19,892 nt of DNA from Candidatus Hermodarchaeota archaeon (GCA_048885535.1 JBHLLO010000017.1:1-19892), one strand, 5' to 3'. Positions 1-8,035 are shown, numbered from the stretch's first letter. Translations and numbers: made by a program. The notes: generated by a model not told the origin, from the letters alone.

Positions 1-2
1 GA

Positions 3-311
3 TTAAGAATCGCTAGTTCTGAAACTGCAGATATAGTTGCAGATGTATATAGCGCAAGTCCCGCAACCTTAATATCCTTGGGAGAAAAAATAAGTACTGG
101 ACTTGGTCAAGGTGAATTAAGAGAAATAGTGATTAGAGGAGTTAAGGGATACACTATCATTATTGTAGGAGATGCTGATAATAACTTCATGCTATTTACT
201 AATTGCAAGAAAGCATATAAATTGGGTTATTATTTTCATAAGATTCGGAAGTCTTTTAAAGAAATGGAACCTATTCTTAAAAAAGTTCAAGCCTCTGAGA
301 AAAAGACTTGA
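3..311 (+). CDS. Roadblock/LC7 (MglB/Ragulator-like) domain protein, 5'-truncated by the window edge
   Basis: The frame is open from base 3 (LRIASSETADIVADVYSASPATLISLGEKISTGLGQGELREIVIRGVKGYTIII...), so the TTG at 78 is internal. The pattern '(G)LxIAS...SA..A.L..LGEKI...L..GEL.EIVIRG..GY.II' is typical of roadblock domains. Confidence 0.8.
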   Translation, partial: LRIASSETADIVADVYSASPATLISLGEKISTGLGQGELREIVIRGVKGYTIIIVGDADNNFMLFTNCKKAYKLGYYFHKIRKSFKEMEPILKKVQASEKKT

Positions 312-334
312 GTTAAATCAAGTAATTTGAACTC

Positions 335-778
335 TTAAGTGTTTACATGTTTCCATAAAATACTATCACCATGATTTAAATAATAGTCTGCTGCTCCAAC
401 TCCAGCAAACATACCATTAACAAAGTAAATCCAATCTCCATACACTCCATCAATACCTATAACTAATGCTCCATTACTAAAAAGAGATACTTCCACAGTA
501 CATTTCTCTTGTAAAGCATCTAATACAGAAGTTTGATAGTTATATAATGAAATATTATCCCATGTCTGAGTAGGTTCTGTAACATACTCAACAGTGAGAC
601 TGATATTGAACACTTCTGCTAATGGTGTATCCCTTCCAGTATTAGGTCCTACTTGATTTAAATTTGTAAAGGGAAAAACACCAAAACTATATAATATTAC
701 TACTGTGAAGCTTGATATTCCTATAACAGCAATAATCAAATATTTAAGATACTTTTTCATTTTAAAAGAACTACTCAA
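335..778 (-). CDS. Membrane-anchored DUF4430 / transcobalamin C-terminal-like (beta-grasp) protein, putative cobalamin binder
   Basis: N-terminal hydrophobic anchor, then 'TSVLDAL...GALVIGIDG...WIYFVNGMFAGVGAADYYLNHGDSILWKH', which matches the DUF4430 signature. The start may be TTG 778 or ATG 760. Confidence 0.8.
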   Translation of the reverse strand: MSSSFKMKKYLKYLIIAVIGISSFTVVILYSFGVFPFTNLNQVGPNTGRDTPLAEVFNISLTVEYVTEPTQTWDNISLYNYQTSVLDALQEKCTVEVSLFSNGALVIGIDGVYGDWIYFVNGMFAGVGAADYYLNHGDSILWKHVNT

Positions 779-780
779 TT

Positions 781-2184
781 TTATGATTTCACATTGATAT
801 TTTTTCTATTAATTGTTATTATGAGTAAGGTCATTGCTACAATAAGGCTTACAATTATCAGTACCGAAAATGAAATTATTTCTGAATTTGGTTGATGGAT
901 AGTTTGATCTAATTTTGGTTCATAATTTTCAATAGTTATTTCAAGATGATAATTTTGTCCTAAAGTATCAGCATATAATAATAAACCTGTAATTTTTTCA
1001 TAAATCAATCTTGTTTCCTGAGGAAAAGAACCTCCACATTTGAAATTCATATCAATTGTTAAATCTGTTTCTTCATAATTAAATTCACGATCAATCGTGA
1101 ACCATGAAGCCGCTAATACTTCAGACTCTATATCATAAGTCTCATTATTTACAATTGGTAATAAAAATCCTGATAAAAATCCAGGAAATGAAATTAATAA
1201 GTTATTTGCACATTCTGAATCGGAGATGTTGCTCATCTGCATTGTAATATCTGTCCTAACATCACCTTGATAAACAACTTTAATATCTAACCATGGTCTT
1301 CCTTTTACATATTTAAACGGATCCGGATCCCAAAGCAAAGGATCTCGATGATAAAATCCTGTAAAATTGGTTAAAATCCAACCTCTTTCTGAGCCAGTAG
1401 CATAAATGTCTTTGTAATTTCCCCATAAATCAGTCCATATAGCCCATCCTAAAGGCTCAAAATTATTCACATTATACTTATATTCGGTTTTAAAATCTAG
1501 AGTAAAGTTTTCTGATGTTATTAATATTTTATAATCTCCTAAAGAAGTATTAGCTTTTACTAATAATCCAGTTTTTTTATCATATATTAATTCAGTTCTT
1601 TGATTCTGAGCAGCACCGTATTGATCAAAGCGAAAAAGCAAGAAATTATAAGTTTCTTCTATCATAAGATAAGCCGTTAGACCCGATGCTCCATTAGCTT
1701 CTAAGGTGGCATTACTTTTTATCCATTCTGTCTGGTTATTTGGGATTAAAAAGCCAGATTGAAATCGAGAAAAACCTAATCTTAAGTTTCTTGCCACCTC
1801 ACTATTTGAAGCATTTGAAATTGAGAAATTTAAATTTGTATTTTCAAATATTTCAATATCAAACCAAGGCATTTTAGTATCAGGAAAAGTGTCACCTAGC
1901 AAGTCATATACATCGCGATTATAAAAACCAGTTATATTGATCTTTATCACATCAGTTAAATTTGTTGACCATTCTCCTTCAGAATGACCAGTAAAATTAA
2001 TCCAATTCGATGGTTTACCAAAATCAAGAACTTTATAAACGTATATACCATTTAAATCCAAATTATTAGAATAACTCCTAGGTATAGTTCCGTTTGCTTC
2101 TACATTACTTATTGAAAAGAAATAAAACATTGAAAAAATCATACAAAAAGTTATTATTGTTATTGAGATCTTTTTATTATACAT
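781..2184 (-). CDS. Secreted cell-surface (glyco)protein with two tandem ~190-aa repeats and a C-terminal membrane anchor
   Basis: Signal peptide ending VEA/N, about a dozen N-x-S/T sequons, an internal duplication (aa ~42-227 vs ~229-421), and a C-terminal TM helix followed by a basic tail (RKNINVKS). Confidence 0.75.
   Translation of the reverse strand: MYNKKISITIITFCMIFSMFYFFSISNVEANGTIPRSYSNNLDLNGIYVYKVLDFGKPSNWINFTGHSEGEWSTNLTDVIKINITGFYNRDVYDLLGDTFPDTKMPWFDIEIFENTNLNFSISNASNSEVARNLRLGFSRFQSGFLIPNNQTEWIKSNATLEANGASGLTAYLMIEETYNFLLFRFDQYGAAQNQRTELIYDKKTGLLVKANTSLGDYKILITSENFTLDFKTEYKYNVNNFEPLGWAIWTDLWGNYKDIYATGSERGWILTNFTGFYHRDPLLWDPDPFKYVKGRPWLDIKVVYQGDVRTDITMQMSNISDSECANNLLISFPGFLSGFLLPIVNNETYDIESEVLAASWFTIDREFNYEETDLTIDMNFKCGGSFPQETRLIYEKITGLLLYADTLGQNYHLEITIENYEPKLDQTIHQPNSEIISFSVLIIVSLIVAMTLLIITINRKNINVKS
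922..2061 (-). repeat. Intragenic tandem domain duplication (protein level)
   Basis: Paired motifs: INITGFYNRD/TNFTGFYHRD, PWFDI/PWLDI, SNASNSEVARNL/SNISDSECANNL, FQSGFLIP/FLSGFLLP, QRTELIYDKKTGLL/QETRLIYEKITGLL. Confidence 0.9.
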
Positions 2185-2328
2185 TTTAAACTAGGAAATC
2201 TATCCTATATAATTTTCATTATCAATTTTTAATTCTTAATACTATTTAACTTTTTGCAATAAATTTATATAATATAAATGAATATAAAATCTAAAATAAA
2301 GTAGTATAAGATTCCTATTATAAAAAGT

Positions 2329-2991
2329 ATGGAAACAAAAACTGAGAATAAAGAAGGTAGTATTAAAAGACTTCGCGATTCTGAAGCATTTATTCAAGCA
2401 ACTGAAAAAGAGAGAGATAATGGTTCGATTTGGATTGACAAAAAGACCTTTAAGATTGTTTTAATAAGTATGTTTTCAGCATTGGCAGTAGTTTTAGGAT
2501 ATGCTTTAGCATACATTCCAAATGTGGAACTATTCACATTAACGATTTTTCTAGGAGGTTTTATTTTAGGCAAAAGAGATGGGTTGGTTATAGGTCTTTT
2601 AAGTTCTTTAATTTTTGTATTTTTTAATCCATATGGAACTTCACCATTGATACTGTTTATTTATCAAATTGCTCATTATTCCTTAACTGGATTGACTGGC
2701 GGTATGATAAAAGATTTCTTTCGTAAAAAAAAGTATTTTAAACCAAAAGGAGACTTGTATTTATTTCGGATAATGATTATACTTGGTTCTATAGGAGCGA
2801 TAATTACTTTTGTTTATGATGTGATTAGCACGTTAATAGGGGCTTTTTTAATTTCTACTAGCATTGAGTTTTTTATTATTTCCTACATTTATGGATTTCC
2901 TTTTACAACCATCCATTTAATAGGAAATACAATTGAGTTTATTTTCATTTTACCTGGGTTGGTAAGTTTAATTAATAAACTCTTAGATTAA
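2329..2991 (+). CDS. ECF transporter S-component, CbrT-like (putative cobalamin specificity)
   Basis: Multiple TM helices. 'IVLISMFSALAVVL...IPNVELFTLTIFLGGFILG...G' fits ECF S-components with the IPNV motif. It lies divergent to a DUF4430 gene. Confidence 0.75.
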   Translation: METKTENKEGSIKRLRDSEAFIQATEKERDNGSIWIDKKTFKIVLISMFSALAVVLGYALAYIPNVELFTLTIFLGGFILGKRDGLVIGLLSSLIFVFFNPYGTSPLILFIYQIAHYSLTGLTGGMIKDFFRKKKYFKPKGDLYLFRIMIILGSIGAIITFVYDVISTLIGAFLISTSIEFFIISYIYGFPFTTIHLIGNTIEFIFILPGLVSLINKLLD

Positions 2992-3000
2992 AATAACTTT

Positions 3001-3025
3001 AATAAAAGATTCTAATAAAAGAAAA
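3001..3025 (-). terminator. Putative oligo-T terminator ending the r-protein operon
   Basis: Minus strand reads TTTTCTTTTATTAGAATCTTTTATT directly after the uL15 stop, in a convergent intergenic gap. Confidence 0.4.
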
Positions 3026-3505
3026 TTATTCTGTCTGTGCTAGAAGGGTTACTTTTCCTCCTGCGGCTTCAATTTTTTCTATTGCTTGTTTTGAAGCTTG
3101 ATTTACAGAAAGATTTATTTTTTTATTAATTTCACCACGACCTAATATTTTTTGAACATTAATATCATTTAAATTAATAATGTAGGTATTTCCAGTTTTA
3201 TTAGCAACATTTTGCAGAACTAATTCGTCAATTTTAAGATCTAAATCTTTTACATTAAGAGTATTAATATTATAAATACGTTTTATGTCTTGGGGTCGTT
3301 TGAAACCTTTTTTACCGATATCCCAATCAGGATCAGGAAAACCAAGCTCTTTTTGTTTAAGATAATAAGATTTTTTACTTTTTTTCCACTGAGTTGTTTT
3401 TCCACGACCTGCTCTTTGTCCCGTTTTTCGGTGTTGTCCAACTCGACCATATCCATATGTTCGAGTACCTCTCTTTTTTCTGATTTTTCGGGGATATTTC
3501 CTCAT
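3026..3505 (-). CDS. rpl15: 50S ribosomal protein uL15
   Basis: RKKRGTRTYGYGRVGQHR, GKKGFKRP, KILGRG, ASKQAIEKIEAAGGKV. Confidence 0.97.
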   Translation of the reverse strand: MRKYPRKIRKKRGTRTYGYGRVGQHRKTGQRAGRGKTTQWKKSKKSYYLKQKELGFPDPDWDIGKKGFKRPQDIKRIYNINTLNVKDLDLKIDELVLQNVANKTGNTYIINLNDINVQKILGRGEINKKINLSVNQASKQAIEKIEAAGGKVTLLAQTE

Positions 3506-3525
3506 CTTACTCGCACCATTAATTT

Positions 3526-4062
3526 TTAAATCATTTTATGTACTAATTCATTTATATAATTTTTGACATATCCTAAAGTACCGCCTTCTCCATAGTGTTT
3601 CTTAATAGATCCACGATAGCCTTTTTTTGGTGGATGTAAGCGGAAAACAGGTTTAATTTTATATATATCTCTAGTTCGATACTGTATTTCTCCTTTTATT
3701 AGAGCTTTAGCTAGCTCTTTAGTGTTTTTATACTGCGTTAGGTTTTTAATATGTTCATCTGTTAGTGGTTTATTTCCTTCTATTCTACCTCTCACTCTTA
3801 AAAGCCTTATTAACGTTTTTTCATCAATTTCACCAAATGTAATATAATCCTTACATTTGTTAAGCATCCCTAAGTAACTTTTTTCTCCCCAAATGAGAAC
3901 ACCATGATTAACTTTAAACATTCTTAGCATTTTCAAAGTGTCCAAAATAGTTCTTTTCATTCCAGGAGCCCCTCTTATTCTAATTGCAAAATATAACACT
4001 GGAGAATGACTCTCTTTTTCTTTAGGTTTCTTCTTAGCAATTAATTCGTTTTTTGCTATCAT
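3526..4062 (-). CDS. rpl30: 50S ribosomal protein uL30 (archaeal long form)
   Basis: AIRIRG...TLKMLRM..VNHGV, GMLNKCKDYITFGE, PVFRLHPPKKGY. Start moved to ATG 4062 (GTGAT upstream) because the ORF-track start overlaps uS5. Confidence 0.96.
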   Translation of the reverse strand: MIAKNELIAKKKPKEKESHSPVLYFAIRIRGAPGMKRTILDTLKMLRMFKVNHGVLIWGEKSYLGMLNKCKDYITFGEIDEKTLIRLLRVRGRIEGNKPLTDEHIKNLTQYKNTKELAKALIKGEIQYRTRDIYKIKPVFRLHPPKKGYRGSIKKHYGEGGTLGYVKNYINELVHKMI

Positions 4063-4078
4063 AATAATCACTGTTTTG

Positions 4079-4693
4079 TTAAATTTTGAAATTATATTTA
4101 TGTGCATTTTTAATAGCATCAAATGTTGCTTTTACTAGGTTTTCACTTGTTCGTGTATCACCGTAAGTTTTACTCCAAATGTCTTCAATACCAGCTAGCT
4201 TTAATAATTGTTTCACTTTATCTGCTGATGCCAATCCTACTCCTGCAGGGGCAGGAATAAGTCGAATTCTAACTGAACCACACTTTCCATTCATTTTAAA
4301 AGGAATACTATGTGTGCCACCACAACCACATTCTTTACTCCCACAACCTCTTAGAACAGGAATCACAGAGAGTTTTGCCTTATCTATTGCTTTTCTTATT
4401 GCTGGGCCCACTTCACGTGATTTTGCTGAGCCTACTCCTATAAATCCTTCAGCACCTACCAGTACAACAGCTTTGAATTTAGATCGCTGACCACTAGCAC
4501 TCATCTGCTGGACCATAGATATCTTTACGACATCTTCACGTAATTGTGGAAGGAGAATATCAATTATTTCTTTTTCTTTAACGACCAAATTATTCGCAAA
4601 GATTTTTTCTAATGTTATTAAGCCTTCACGAACTAACTCTCCTAATCGCGTTCTGGGTACCCATGTTTCTTCAATATTTCTTAAATGACTCAT
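4079..4693 (-). CDS. rps5: 30S ribosomal protein uS5
   Basis: WVPRTRLGELV, GQRSKFKAVVLVG, RGCGSKECGCGGTHS, RLIPAPAGVGL, N(L)VKATFDA. Confidence 0.98.
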   Translation of the reverse strand: MSHLRNIEETWVPRTRLGELVREGLITLEKIFANNLVVKEKEIIDILLPQLREDVVKISMVQQMSASGQRSKFKAVVLVGAEGFIGVGSAKSREVGPAIRKAIDKAKLSVIPVLRGCGSKECGCGGTHSIPFKMNGKCGSVRIRLIPAPAGVGLASADKVKQLLKLAGIEDIWSKTYGDTRTSENLVKATFDAIKNAHKYNFKI

Positions 4694-4707
4694 ATAGCTT
4701 CACATCT

Positions 4708-5301
4708 TTAAATTTTACTTTCAATTGTTTTTAATGTTGTTGAAAACATTTGACTTATTTTAAGGGGATTTATTTTACCCTTATTTAAATATCCTGAGAA
4801 TACTTTTTCATATTTTTCAGGATTGTTATCTTTTAAAACTTTAGCATAATTTTCTATATGTCCACCCTCTATTCTTTCTTTCAGATTTTCTGGAAAGAAT
4901 TCTTCACTATAGGGAACTTCTAAACCAGCATCTATTACTCCTTTAGATGCTGCTATTAATCTATTCCGATGATGTAATATCCCCAAATCCAAAATAGCTT
5001 CTGAAATATTCTGTTGCTTTGCTCTCAAGCCAGCAAGATAACCGGTTAAATATGCTGCAGGCATATTTCCAGTATTTGCTTTCCAGCCAAAGTTCTTTGT
5101 TAATTCTTTAGAAAATGCGGAAGATAAAATTTTATCCCCTCCAAACTTAGATTGAACAACTTGAACTATGATGTGATTATTTGAGGCTCTTATAACAACT
5201 CTTAATTTCTTTGATTTTAATAATTTCAATCTACTTTGATAATTGGTTTTACCAATCGATCTTCTTCTAAATGGTCGCCTATATCTTGGTCCTTTTGTCA
5301 T
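4708..5301 (-). CDS. rpl18: 50S ribosomal protein uL18
   Basis: GPRYRRPFRRR..GKTNY..RLKLL, RVVIRASN, GNMPAAYLTGYLAG, AILDLG. Confidence 0.98.
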   Translation of the reverse strand: MTKGPRYRRPFRRRSIGKTNYQSRLKLLKSKKLRVVIRASNNHIIVQVVQSKFGGDKILSSAFSKELTKNFGWKANTGNMPAAYLTGYLAGLRAKQQNISEAILDLGILHHRNRLIAASKGVIDAGLEVPYSEEFFPENLKERIEGGHIENYAKVLKDNNPEKYEKVFSGYLNKGKINPLKISQMFSTTLKTIESKI

Positions 5302-5303
5302 TT

Positions 5304-5759
5304 TTATCTGCCTCTCCTTAGTAATTCCTTTTCTTTAATATATCGATTCATTTGGGCAACGCTTGCAAACATTCCTCCTTTAGCATTTTTATATAACCTT
5401 CTGTAATTGCTAGCTGCAATTAGTTTTCTATCTCTTAATTTCTTTAATTCCCTCCTTTGAGGTCTAATTTTTCTTATCCAAGCTCTTTTCTTTGGTGTTC
5501 TGGCTGTTTTTTTTCCTTTTCTTTTTCCCAAACCTCGAGCCCTTCCTTTCTTCTTTTTATCATGATGTAACTTTTTACGATAATTTGAAATTCCTTTTTT
5601 ATATTTCTTTCGAATTATACCATCTTTAATTAAACTTCTTATATCTTCTCTCGTTATAGCTAATTGAATTTCCTCTATTAAATAAGGATCAAAATAAACC
5701 CTATTTTCACCGCATTTTAAAATTTCCGCAGCCATTCTTCTTTGGGCTTTTAAACTCAT
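5304..5759 (-). CDS. rpl19e: 50S ribosomal protein eL19
   Basis: LKAQRRMAAEILKCGENRV, AITREDIRSLIKDG, GKRKGKKTAR, YRRLYKNAKGG. Start ATG 5759 (alternative GTG 5765). Confidence 0.98.
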   Translation of the reverse strand: MSLKAQRRMAAEILKCGENRVYFDPYLIEEIQLAITREDIRSLIKDGIIRKKYKKGISNYRKKLHHDKKKKGRARGLGKRKGKKTARTPKKRAWIRKIRPQRRELKKLRDRKLIAASNYRRLYKNAKGGMFASVAQMNRYIKEKELLRRGR

Positions 5760-5780
5760 ACTCACTCACTCTTGTTTTAA

Positions 5781-6245
5781 TTAGTCCTCCTCTAAAGATT
5801 CTTCAAAAATTTCATCTTCTTCAAGAGGGCTTTCTAATAACGCTTCAAAACGCTCTAATTCCTTTTGAGCTATTCCCAGATTAAGGATCTTAAATCCCCT
5901 ATTTTGGGCATAATCTACCAAAGCAATTCTTTTCTTAGCACCTAATTTTCCTGAAATCTTTACAGCATGCTTTTTATTACTTAAACCTTTAATATCGTTT
6001 ACATTAAAGATTAATACTTCTTCAAATCCAGATGGATGCAAACCTCTTACTTTTTTAGGACCTCTATAACCCACAGAAGGAGATTTTACACCACTTTTTT
6101 TCTTTTTTCTTGTTTGTGAATCGATACCTCTGGCTTTTCTCCATGAATCTTTGATTTTTTTATATCTCCATGATTCAACACGCCTGAATGAAGGTCTCTT
6201 CTTTTTTAATTTTTCCCTAACCTGAAATAATCTTTTCTTTTCCAT
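5781..6245 (-). CDS. rpl32e: 50S ribosomal protein eL32 with acidic C-terminal tail
   Basis: RPSFRRVESWRYKK, WRKARGIDS, GYRGPKKVRGLHPSG. Confidence 0.98.
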   Translation of the reverse strand: MEKKRLFQVREKLKKKRPSFRRVESWRYKKIKDSWRKARGIDSQTRKKKKSGVKSPSVGYRGPKKVRGLHPSGFEEVLIFNVNDIKGLSNKKHAVKISGKLGAKKRIALVDYAQNRGFKILNLGIAQKELERFEALLESPLEEDEIFEESLEED

Positions 6246-6260
6246 TTACTGTTCACTATC

Positions 6261-6839
6261 CTATCTTATTTGCCAAAGAACATCGTCTCCAAGTTTTATC
6301 TTATAAAGATAAACTCCATCTTGAAATACACGAGGATCTTTTTTTCTAATTCTGCAGCATCTTTTAAGATTTGCAGCTGATTGCCCTAATTTTTCCTTAT
6401 CTGGTCCAAATAATATAATATCATCACCTTCCACTTTTACTTCTACATTATCAAGATATTTCGATATCCTTGGAGCTCTCTCACCTAAAAAATTGATGAT
6501 ATGTATTTCATTTTTCTCTGATTTCACTTCTGCTGTAAAAGGGAAGTGGGAATATGTCATTTTACATAAATATTCGTAATTAGTTTGAACCCCGGTGATT
6601 AAACTCTTAATAATATTGTAAATTGTATTGGTTAGAGCAAGTGTACCACTTTTGGGAAAATAGGTTGAAAATATTATGTTATTTCCTTCAATTAAGACCT
6701 TAACTCCTCTAATATGAGAGAAATCTTTTGTAATTTCTCCATTCGGTCCATTTACTATTATATGCTGATCTTCACCTAAAGTCACTTTTACATCTTTAGG
6801 AATCTCTAAGGCTTGCTTAAAAAATGCTGTTTTTACCAT
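6261..6839 (-). CDS. rpl6: 50S ribosomal protein uL6
   Basis: EIPKDVKV, GPNGEI, YSHFPF, NFLGERAPR, KDPRVFQDGVY. Confidence 0.98.
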   Translation of the reverse strand: MVKTAFFKQALEIPKDVKVTLGEDQHIIVNGPNGEITKDFSHIRGVKVLIEGNNIIFSTYFPKSGTLALTNTIYNIIKSLITGVQTNYEYLCKMTYSHFPFTAEVKSEKNEIHIINFLGERAPRISKYLDNVEVKVEGDDIILFGPDKEKLGQSAANLKRCCRIRKKDPRVFQDGVYLYKIKLGDDVLWQIR

Positions 6840-6860
6840 TATTCATTACCTTGCTTACTT

Positions 6861-7244
6861 TTAATAAATATAACATAATGTTATACCGCCAATATTTTTT
6901 TCTTCTGCTTCCTTCATTGTCATTACACCCTGATTAGTCGTTAAAATTATTAATCCTAACCCTGGTGCAGGTAATAACTTTCTTTCAAGCATTTCAAACT
7001 GAGAAACTTTGTAATTAAGTTTTAATAAACCTTTTGCTTCATTAATTTTACCTAATAAAGCTATCCTAAACTTTCCTTGGCGACCATCATCGTATCTTTC
7101 AAATTCCCCAATATACGCTTTTTTTTGAAGAATTAATAATATTTTTTGTATCAATTTGGAGGCTGGACTTATAATTATTTCCTTTTTTTTTGCTTTTTCA
7201 GCATTATTAATCATATTCATTGCATTTGCGATGGTATTTACCAA
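6861..7244 (-). CDS. rps8: 30S ribosomal protein uS8
   Basis: ANAMNMINNAE, PASKLI, YIGEFE..DDGRQGK, LLPAPGLGLIILTTNQGVMT. True start is probably TTG 7244 after GAGGTGA; the longer ORF-track version overlaps uS14. Confidence 0.96.
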   Translation of the reverse strand: MVNTIANAMNMINNAEKAKKKEIIISPASKLIQKILLILQKKAYIGEFERYDDGRQGKFRIALLGKINEAKGLLKLNYKVSQFEMLERKLLPAPGLGLIILTTNQGVMTMKEAEEKNIGGITLCYIY

Positions 7245-7266
7245 TTTCTTCACCTCATTTTTAACT

Positions 7267-7413
7267 TTAATCAAATCTTTTAAATCCAATAGCTTTCCCA
7301 ATCTCATAAAAACATCTTCTACAGATATACAAACCATATCTTCGAATTATCCCTCTGTGAGTTCCACATCTCCTGCAAGTCCTTTGTCCTTTACCAATTT
7401 TACCTTGTGGCAT
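7267..7413 (-). CDS. rps14: 30S ribosomal protein uS14 (Zn-binding, S29-like); absent from the ORF track
   Basis: Manual translation: MPQGKIGKGQRTCRRCGTHRGIIRRYGLYICRRCFYEIGKAIGFKRFD* (48 aa; alternative ATG at 7422). Has CxxC...CRxC and sits in the canonical slot between uL5 and uS8. Confidence 0.97.
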   Translation of the reverse strand: MPQGKIGKGQRTCRRCGTHRGIIRRYGLYICRRCFYEIGKAIGFKRFD

Positions 7414-7440
7414 TTGTATCATCTTTTTTTTAACTTTTAA

Positions 7441-8034
7441 TTACATAAATTCTATATCTAATTGTTCTACAATTTCCACTTCAAAATTCTTTTCTAAATA
7501 ATATTGAGCTTCCATTCTAGAAACATAATGATGTTTAGGAATTTTAGCCCTTGCTTTCCTTCGGTATTTGACTCTCATCCCAGGTCTTATAATCCTTCCA
7601 ACAACATCTAAACCCCATATCCCTATTACATTATCGTATTCTATACCCGGTATTGAGATATGTTCAGTTATTCCAAAACCAAAATTACCATAATTATCAA
7701 AACTTCTACGAAGCATCTTGTTATTATTTACAATTAATAATCTCTTGAGTAATTTCTCGGCCTCATTACCTCTTATTGTGACCATTGTTCCAATAGGGCG
7801 CCCTTTCCTTAAATTAAATTCCTTTATATTTTTTCTTGAGAGTGTTTTTACAGGTTTTCTACCTGTTATTGTTTCCAAAACTTTTACTGCTCTTTCTAAC
7901 TCTTCTCCGCCACTACCGACACCAATATTTAATGTGAGTTTCTCTAAAAAGGGTCGCTTCATTGGGTTTTCCCAGAATTTCTCAAACTGTTGTGTTTGTG
8001 CTTTTGTGGTTTTCTTTTTGGCTTTTACTGACAT
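7441..8034 (-). CDS. rpl5: 50S ribosomal protein uL5
   Basis: NPMKRP.LEKLTLNIGVG, FNLRKGRPIG..VTIRG, SFDNYGNFGFGITEHI, GIWGLDV. Start ATG 8034 (alternative 8046). Confidence 0.97.
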   Translation of the reverse strand: MSVKAKKKTTKAQTQQFEKFWENPMKRPFLEKLTLNIGVGSGGEELERAVKVLETITGRKPVKTLSRKNIKEFNLRKGRPIGTMVTIRGNEAEKLLKRLLIVNNNKMLRRSFDNYGNFGFGITEHISIPGIEYDNVIGIWGLDVVGRIIRPGMRVKYRRKARAKIPKHHYVSRMEAQYYLEKNFEVEIVEQLDIEFM

Positions 8035-8035
8035 T

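Noticed and set aside
2185-2328. Cobalamin riboswitch in the divergent intergenic region
   Set aside because: The region is only 144 bp, extremely AT-rich, and has no B12-box or GC-rich stems.
4063-4122. Longer N-terminus of uL30 from the ORF track
   Set aside because: It overlaps the 3' end of uS5; ATG 4062 has an SD-like GTGAT.
7245-7337. N-terminal extension of uS8 suggested by the ORF track
   Set aside because: It overlaps the uS14 gene in another frame, and a strong GAGGTGA precedes TTG 7244.
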